Shown here one piece after another: positions 28,160-33,738 of a DNA stretch of 33,738 bases; positions within the stretch are counted from its first letter, which is position 1; each line of letters opens with the position of its first letter. The notes under the pieces were generated by a model that was given only the letters and a program-made list of their open reading frames with translations, was not told the origin of the DNA and did no database searches. The stretch is taken from contig CBHFMJ010000001.1 in assembly GCA_965994715.1 (NCBI GenBank), forward strand, positions 1 through 33,738, written 5' to 3'. Source of the stretch: an uncultured bacterium (GTDB taxonomy: Bacteria; Actinomycetota; UBA4738; HRBIN12). The translations under genes and the position numbers were made by a program.

Positions 28160-30049
28160 ATGAGAAGGGGGGTAGCTTTGAAACGAGTACTCAGATTGAT
28201 CGCCGTCGTGACGGTCCTCGGGATCGTCGCCGCCCCGGGCGGGGGCGCCGATACAGGGGCATGGGCCAACGACCCGCCCACCCCCCCAGCGAACCTCGCC
28301 GGAGGCACACTGACCATGGCGATGCTCGCCGACGTCACCGCGGCGTTCGACCCACAGAAGGAGTACTACTCCGTCACGTGGGAGTACTACCGCTGCTGTC
28401 TGCTCCGGAACCTGATGTCCTATGAGGGCGTCCCGACGGACGAGGGCGGCGCTGACATCCACCCGGACCTCGCTGCCGGCGAACCGGAGCAGTCCTCGGA
28501 CGGACTGACCTGGACCTACACGATCAAGCCCGGCATCCACTACGCGCCTCCGAAGGAGGACGTGGAGATCACGGCGCCTGACTTCATCCGAGCACTCGAG
28601 CGGACGGCGAACCCCGATGCGAACGTCGGCGGGTACTCCTTCTACTACTCGGTGATCGAGGGCTTCGACGACTTCGCCGCGGGCGACGCCGAAGAGATCT
28701 CCGGGCTGAACGCCGTTGACGACCACACGCTCGAGATCACCACGACCTCACCGGTCGGTGACATGAGCTACCGGCTCGCCATGGGCACCGCAGCGCCGAT
28801 CCCGCCCGACGACGAGGGGGAGCGGATGGGTGTCGCCGAGGGGCACGACCGGAACTACGGCCGCTTCCTCGTGGCGACGGGCCCGTACATGTTCGAGGGG
28901 TCCGAGACGATGGACTTCTCGGCGGACCCGAAGGACCAGACCGAGGCCCCGGGCTACGTCCCGGGTCGCCAGATCGTCCTGGTCCGCAACCCGTCCTACG
29001 ATCCTGCGACGGACGGACTGCGAGACGCCTACCCGGACCGGATCGAGGTTCGGATCGGCGGCGACAACGACGACCTGTACAACCAGGTCGCGTCGGGGAC
29101 CCTCGACTTCGTGGTCGATGGCGTCGTGCCCGCGGAGAAGATCCGCGAGTACCAGACGGACCCCGCGCTGCAGGACAAGATCAACATCTACGCATCAGAC
29201 GCGATCCGGTACGTGTCCTTCAACCTGGCGGTACCTCCCTTCGACGACGTCCACGTCCGCAAGGCGGTCAGCTGGGCGTTCGACAAGCAGGGGTTCCGGC
29301 AGTTGCGGGGTGGTCCCTCGGTCGGTGAGATCGCGGGACACATCATGGTCAACAGCCTCGAGAACAACCTCCTGGCCGACTATGACCCGTACCAGACCAC
29401 GAACGCGTCCGGTGACCCCGAGAAGGCCAAGGAGGAGATGGCCCTGTCCGCGTACGACTCGGACGGGGACGGGGTCTGTGATGATCCGGTATGCCAGGAC
29501 ATCCTCACGATCACCGACCGCGAGGATCCGTACCCGGATCAGATGGCCCTCCTGAAGCAGTTCCTCGAGCCGCTCGGGATGACGCTCGATGACAAGCAGC
29601 TGGAGCGCGGCACGATGTACAACCAGTGCAACGATGCGAACTCGCATCACGCGCTCTGCGCCGGCCCCGGTTGGGGGAAGGACTACGCCGACGGTGTCAC
29701 GTTCGGCGAGCCCCTGTTCACCTCCGCGGGTCTGTGGGAGAGCTGCTGCAACTACTCGCTCCTGGGAGCCTCGCCCGAGCAGCTGACCGAGTGGGGCTAC
29801 GACGTGACGGAGGTTCCGTCGGTGGACGACATGGAGGACGAGTGCGCAGCGTTGGAGCCGGGTGACGAACGGTTCCAGTGCTGGGCGGAGTTCGACCGAC
29901 ACCTGATGGAAGAGGTCGTGCCGATGGTGCCGTACCTGTTCGACAACAGCGTCGACATCCTCTCGGAGAACATCGTCAACTACTCGTTCGACCAGTTCGC
30001 TGGTCTGGCGGCGTTCGACTCGATGGCCGTGCCCGGCAACACCGGATAG
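28160..30049 (+). CDS. Peptide ABC transporter substrate-binding protein (SBP family 5), cysteine-rich
   Basis: Signal-like N-terminus KRVLRLIAVVTVLGIVAAPGGGA and family-5 patterns (LVRNPSYDP, IRYVSFNLAVPPFDDVHVRKAVSWAFDKQ). An alternative TTG start at 28178 is preceded by AGAAGGGGGG. Confidence 0.9.
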   Translation: MRRGVALKRVLRLIAVVTVLGIVAAPGGGADTGAWANDPPTPPANLAGGTLTMAMLADVTAAFDPQKEYYSVTWEYYRCCLLRNLMSYEGVPTDEGGADIHPDLAAGEPEQSSDGLTWTYTIKPGIHYAPPKEDVEITAPDFIRALERTANPDANVGGYSFYYSVIEGFDDFAAGDAEEISGLNAVDDHTLEITTTSPVGDMSYRLAMGTAAPIPPDDEGERMGVAEGHDRNYGRFLVATGPYMFEGSETMDFSADPKDQTEAPGYVPGRQIVLVRNPSYDPATDGLRDAYPDRIEVRIGGDNDDLYNQVASGTLDFVVDGVVPAEKIREYQTDPALQDKINIYASDAIRYVSFNLAVPPFDDVHVRKAVSWAFDKQGFRQLRGGPSVGEIAGHIMVNSLENNLLADYDPYQTTNASGDPEKAKEEMALSAYDSDGDGVCDDPVCQDILTITDREDPYPDQMALLKQFLEPLGMTLDDKQLERGTMYNQCNDANSHHALCAGPGWGKDYADGVTFGEPLFTSAGLWESCCNYSLLGASPEQLTEWGYDVTEVPSVDDMEDECAALEPGDERFQCWAEFDRHLMEEVVPMVPYLFDNSVDILSENIVNYSFDQFAGLAAFDSMAVPGNTG

Positions 30050-30067
30050 CAGCTGATCCAGACGGTC

Positions 30068-30093
30068 GAGGGGGTCGCGCGAGCGGCCCCCTC
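30068..30093 (+). other. Strong GC hairpin with a GCGA (GNRA) tetraloop between the SBP and permease genes
   Basis: GAGGGGG-TCGC-gcga-GCGG-CCCCCTC forms 11 pairs (one is a G-U pair) with a 4-nt loop. It lies 19 nt after the SBP stop and has no U-tract. Confidence 0.4.
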
Positions 30094-30143
30094 ACCGTTC
30101 CGTCCGAGGCTCCCGCGAGGGGGCCGGAGGGAGGAGCAGACGG

Positions 30144-31178
30144 ATGGGCCGATACCTGATCCGGAGAGCCCTCTTCATGATCCTCGTGATCATCATCGTC
30201 TCGCTCCTCACGTTCCTCATCTTCGTGAAGCTCCCGGCCGGGGACCCGGCCCGCCGGGCGGTCGGCCGCACCACCACGCCCCAGCAGATCGAGAACGCGC
30301 GCAGGGCGTTCGGTCTCGACAAGCCCCTCTACATCCAGTACTGGCGGTTCCTCCGGGGGTTCATCCCGTGGCCGCCGGGCGATCCCGTGCTCATGCTGGC
30401 CGGCCACCCCCCGCGGAGCCACGAGGGGCTCTGGCTCAACGAGGACGTCTACTACTCCTACGACGGCTTCGTCCCCGTGCGGGAAGAGCTGGCCCGGCGG
30501 ATCCCCATCACCGGGACCCTCGCGATCGGGGCGGCCGTGATCTGGCTGCTCCTCGGCATCCCGATCGGCATCCTGTCCGGCGTTCGGCGAAGATCCGTCG
30601 CCGACCGCGCCGCCATGATCTTCGCGATCATCGGCGTCTCGATGCCGATCTTCTGGCTCGCGCAGCTCCTCCTGTACGCGTTCTGGTTCAAGCTCGAGCT
30701 GTTACCCGAATCCGGGATCCCGATCGGGTACAGCGGCTGGGGAGGAGCGATGCGCGCCGCCCTCGAGGGCCGGTTCATCCTCCCTTGGGTCTCCCTCGCG
30801 TACATCAACGCGGCCTTCTACGCCCGCATGGTGCGCGGGAACCTGATCGAGACGATGAACGAGGACTACATCCGGACGGCCCGGGCCAAGGGCCTGTCCG
30901 AGCGCCGCGTGATCTACAAGCACGGCCTCCGAGGGGCCCTCACGCCGGTCGTGACGATGCTCGGCCTCGACATCGGTCTCCTGCTCGGCGGCGCCTTCAT
31001 CACCGAGACGGTCTTCGGGCTCCCGGGGATCGGGCAGAAGGCCGTCCAGGCGATCGGCACGAACGACTTCCCGACCGTGATGGGCGTCACGATCCTCGGT
31101 GCGTTCATCATCGCGGTCGCGAACCTGGTGGTCGACGTCGCGTACGCATTCGTGGACCCGAGGGTGAGGTACACGTAG
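30144..31178 (+). CDS. Peptide ABC transporter permease (DppB/OppB type)
   Basis: ATG follows GGAGGGAGGAG. The N-terminus MGRYLIRRALFMILVIIIVSLLTFLIF is typical. The EAA-type loop is YIRTARAKGLSERRVIYKHGLRGAL. Confidence 0.9.
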   Translation: MGRYLIRRALFMILVIIIVSLLTFLIFVKLPAGDPARRAVGRTTTPQQIENARRAFGLDKPLYIQYWRFLRGFIPWPPGDPVLMLAGHPPRSHEGLWLNEDVYYSYDGFVPVREELARRIPITGTLAIGAAVIWLLLGIPIGILSGVRRRSVADRAAMIFAIIGVSMPIFWLAQLLLYAFWFKLELLPESGIPIGYSGWGGAMRAALEGRFILPWVSLAYINAAFYARMVRGNLIETMNEDYIRTARAKGLSERRVIYKHGLRGALTPVVTMLGLDIGLLLGGAFITETVFGLPGIGQKAVQAIGTNDFPTVMGVTILGAFIIAVANLVVDVAYAFVDPRVRYT

Positions 31179-32191
31179 TGGCGCAGCCACTGCTCGAAGT
31201 GAAGGACCTGAAGGTTCATTTCCCGACCGACGACGGCCTCGTCAAGGCCGTGGACGGAGTGAGCTACTCACTCGCGGCCGGGGAGACGCTGGGGATCGTC
31301 GGGGAGTCTGGCTCGGGCAAGAGCGTGAGCTCCCTCACGGTGATGGGCCTGATCAACCCCAAGCAGGCGACCATCTCCGGCGAGGTCTTCTTCCAGGGTC
31401 AGGACCTCCTGAAGCTTCCGAAGGACGAGATGCGCACGATCCGGGGTGAGAAGATCTCGATGATCTTCCAGGACCCGATGACGTCGCTCCATCCGTTCTA
31501 CAAGGTCGGCTATCAGATCGCCGAAGCGATCCTCGAGCACCAGGACATCTCGAACAAGGAGGCGCTCGACCAGGCCATCGAGATGCTCGCGCGCGTGAAC
31601 ATCCCGCATCCGAAGGACCGCGCCGATCAGTACCCGCACGAGTTCTCGGGCGGCATGCGCCAGCGGGCGATGATCGCGATGGCGCTGTCCCTCAACCCCG
31701 ACGTCCTGATCGCCGACGAGCCCACCACGGCCCTCGACGTGACGGTGCAGGCGCAGATCCTCGATCTCATCGATCGCCTGAAGTCCGAGTTCAACGCCGC
31801 GGTCGTGATCATCACGCACGACCTGGGTGTGGTCGCGGAGCACTGCGACAACATCATGGTGATGTACGCGGGCAAGGCGGCCGAGTTCGGCGACACCGAC
31901 GACATCTACTACAAGCCGCTCCATCCGTACACGTGGGGGCTGCTGAGCTCGATCCCGCGGCTCGACGAGGAGCAGCAGGAACGGCTGAGCCCGATCCGCG
32001 GGCTGCCGCCGTCGCTGATCCAGGTCCCGCCCGGGTGCGCGTTCCATCCGCGCTGCCCGTACCGATTCGAACCCTGCGATCGCGACGTCCCGGACCTCCT
32101 CCCGGTGGACGGTCATCACGCGGCCGCGTGCCACCTCAGTCTCGCGGACAAGGAACGGATCCGCGACCAGGAGATCCTCGCTCGCCGATGA
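31178..32191 (+). CDS. Peptide ABC transporter ATP-binding protein (DppD/OppD type)
   Basis: The GTG overlaps the permease stop (TAGTG). Walker A GESGSGKSV, signature FSGGMRQRAMIA and Walker B VLIADEPTTALD. The C-terminal oligopeptide-type extension carries HPYTWGLLSSIP and four Cys. Confidence 0.9.
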   Translation: MAQPLLEVKDLKVHFPTDDGLVKAVDGVSYSLAAGETLGIVGESGSGKSVSSLTVMGLINPKQATISGEVFFQGQDLLKLPKDEMRTIRGEKISMIFQDPMTSLHPFYKVGYQIAEAILEHQDISNKEALDQAIEMLARVNIPHPKDRADQYPHEFSGGMRQRAMIAMALSLNPDVLIADEPTTALDVTVQAQILDLIDRLKSEFNAAVVIITHDLGVVAEHCDNIMVMYAGKAAEFGDTDDIYYKPLHPYTWGLLSSIPRLDEEQQERLSPIRGLPPSLIQVPPGCAFHPRCPYRFEPCDRDVPDLLPVDGHHAAACHLSLADKERIRDQEILARR

Positions 32192-33354
32192 GTGTCCAGG
32201 CGCAGCCCGTCCCCGCGCAGCCACCGGCTCCCTCCGGTGAGCCGCTGGTGAAGATCGAGGGGATCAAGAAGTACTTCCCGATCACGCAGGGCATCCTCTT
32301 CCAGCATCACGTCGGCAACGTCCATGCCGTCGACGGCGTGGACCTCGAGATCCTCCCGGGACAGACCGTCGGCCTCGTCGGCGAGACCGGGTGCGGCAAA
32401 TCCACCCTGGCGCGCGTCGTGATGCGCCTCTACGAGGCGACGGAAGGAACGATCTGGTTCCAGGGACAGGACATCACCCATCTCAAGGGCAAGGAGCTCC
32501 AGGAGCTCCGCGAAGACATGCAGATGGTGTTCCAGGATCCGTACGCCTCGCTGAACCCCAGGAAGACCGTCGGCACGATCGTCTCGGAGCCGTTCCGTCT
32601 GCACCAGACCGTGCCGAAGAACCGGATCAAGTCCGAGGTCCAGCAGCTGATGGAGCTCGTCGGGCTCAACCCCGAGCACTACAACCGCTACCCGCACGAG
32701 TTCTCCGGCGGCCAGCGACAGCGGATCGGAGTGGCGCGATCCCTCGCGCTCCGCCCGAAGCTGATCGTGTGCGACGAGCCCGTTTCCGCGCTCGACGTCT
32801 CGATCCAGGCCCAGATCCTCAACCTGCTCGGCGATCTGCAGGACGAGTTCAACCTGACCTACCTCTTCATCGCCCACGACCTCTCCGTCGTCAAGCACGT
32901 TTCGGACCGCGTGGCCGTGATGTACCTCGGCAAGATCGTCGAGATGGCCGAGGGCGCGGCGCTCTATAAGACCCCGAAGCACCCCTACTCGGGAGCCCTC
33001 CTCTCGGCCGTGCCGATGGCTGACCCCGAGCTGGCGCGACAGAAGCGGCGGATCATCCTCCAGGGAGACGTGCCGTCGCCGATCGATCCGCCGTCGGGAT
33101 GCCGGTTCCACCCTCGGTGTCCGCAGTCCCGGGCGATCGCGAAAGCCGAGGGGATCGACGGACCGCACCCCCGCTGCGTCCAGGAGGAGCCGGAGCTGAC
33201 GGACCAGGGCGCCAGCCAGGTCGCCGCCTGCCACTTCCCGTTGGAGGGAAGTATCATCCAGGGCGGCGACGCGGAAGCACGCTTCGAAGACGGCGTCGCT
33301 GAGATGCAGGAGGGGTCGTCCGGCAACGAGGACACCCCACAGGACGGACCGTAG
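32188..33354 (+). CDS. Peptide ABC transporter ATP-binding protein (DppF/OppF type)
   Basis: The ATG overlaps the previous stop (ATGA). Walker A GETGCGKST, signature FSGGQRQRIGVA and Walker B LIVCDEPVSALD. HPYSGALLSAVP and a four-Cys C-terminal region are followed by an acidic tail. Confidence 0.9.
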   Translation: MSVQAQPVPAQPPAPSGEPLVKIEGIKKYFPITQGILFQHHVGNVHAVDGVDLEILPGQTVGLVGETGCGKSTLARVVMRLYEATEGTIWFQGQDITHLKGKELQELREDMQMVFQDPYASLNPRKTVGTIVSEPFRLHQTVPKNRIKSEVQQLMELVGLNPEHYNRYPHEFSGGQRQRIGVARSLALRPKLIVCDEPVSALDVSIQAQILNLLGDLQDEFNLTYLFIAHDLSVVKHVSDRVAVMYLGKIVEMAEGAALYKTPKHPYSGALLSAVPMADPELARQKRRIILQGDVPSPIDPPSGCRFHPRCPQSRAIAKAEGIDGPHPRCVQEEPELTDQGASQVAACHFPLEGSIIQGGDAEARFEDGVAEMQEGSSGNEDTPQDGP

Positions 33355-33395
33355 GCCGCGAGTTCGCAGGCTCACCGCGCCGGGAGGAACGTGTC

Positions 33396-33623
33396 GTGCT
33401 GAACGCAGTCGTGATCGTGATCGACATCATCGCCTCACTGTTCCTGATCCTGTCGATCCTCTTGCACTCCGGGAAGGGGAGCGGGATGTCGGAGCTCTTC
33501 GGCGGATCGTCCACCCTCGCCGGCGGGACGGCCCTCGAGCGGACCCTCGACCGGGTGACCGTCGTCACGGCGATCGTGTGGGGCCTCTGCACGTTCTGGC
33601 TCTCCTGGAAGTGGACCCCCTAG
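33396..33623 (+). CDS. secG: Preprotein translocase subunit SecG
   Basis: GTG follows GGGAGGA. The 75-aa protein has two hydrophobic helices flanking the Gly-rich loop HSGKGSGMSELFGGSS, typical of SecG. Confidence 0.9.
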   Translation: MLNAVVIVIDIIASLFLILSILLHSGKGSGMSELFGGSSTLAGGTALERTLDRVTVVTAIVWGLCTFWLSWKWTP

Positions 33624-33649
33624 GGCTTGGTAGCATCCACCGCGGACCT

Positions 33650-33737
33650 CGTCGGAGTGGCGGAACTTGGTAGACGCGCTAGGTTGAGGGCCTAGTCCCC
33701 TTCACAGGGGGTGGGGGTTCAAATCCCCCCTCCGACA
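33650..33737 (+). tRNA. tRNA-Leu (anticodon GAG), class II with a long variable arm; ends at the window edge
   Basis: The acceptor stem is GTCGGAG/CTCCGAC with discriminator A. The anticodon stem is CTAGG/CCTAG with loop TTGAGGG (GAG, G37). The variable arm is CCCC-ttcaca-GGGG and the T arm is GGGGG-TTCAAAT-CCCCC. Only the first C after the discriminator is inside the window. Confidence 0.9.
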
Positions 33738-33738
33738 C

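Overview
This is a very high-G+C, almost fully coding chromosomal segment with actinobacterial-type core synteny. The recognised backbone is polA(3' end)-rpsA-coaE ... uvrB ... uvrA ... uvrC-rapZ ... gap-pgk-tpiA ... secG-tRNA-Leu(GAG). Accessory blocks sit between these housekeeping genes:
- a HAD hydrolase, a DUF2203-like protein, an ABC-2 exporter pair and a polar amino-acid ABC importer, between coaE and uvrB;
- an amidohydrolase, a sulfite-oxidase-family molybdoenzyme, a kynureninase-like PLP enzyme and an S9 peptidase, between uvrB and uvrA;
- a lipoprotein with beta-propeller-like repeats and a C-terminal blue-copper (cupredoxin) domain, between uvrA and uvrC;
- a five-gene peptide ABC importer, between tpiA and secG.

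I found no CRISPR array, transposase, integrase, rRNA or obvious defence genes.

The observations most worth follow-up are:
1. uvrB, uvrA and, more weakly, uvrC each carry a RecA-NDp/PafBC-type motif (TGTCG..-N8-TAnnnT). In uvrA and uvrC it sits in a leaderless arrangement, and several other genes show the same TAnnnT-N6-start layout.
2. The rapZ-gap interval lacks the usual yvcK-whiA pair. It holds an antisense DinB-like ORF whose codon phase switches twice, which looks like a compensated frameshift.
3. The propeller-cupredoxin lipoprotein has a copper domain with clearly atypical codon usage.
4. An amidohydrolase is start/stop-overlapped with uvrB and is followed by a Mo-enzyme, so both may be damage-inducible.

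All calls come from reading the sequence and the ORF track only; no searches were run.
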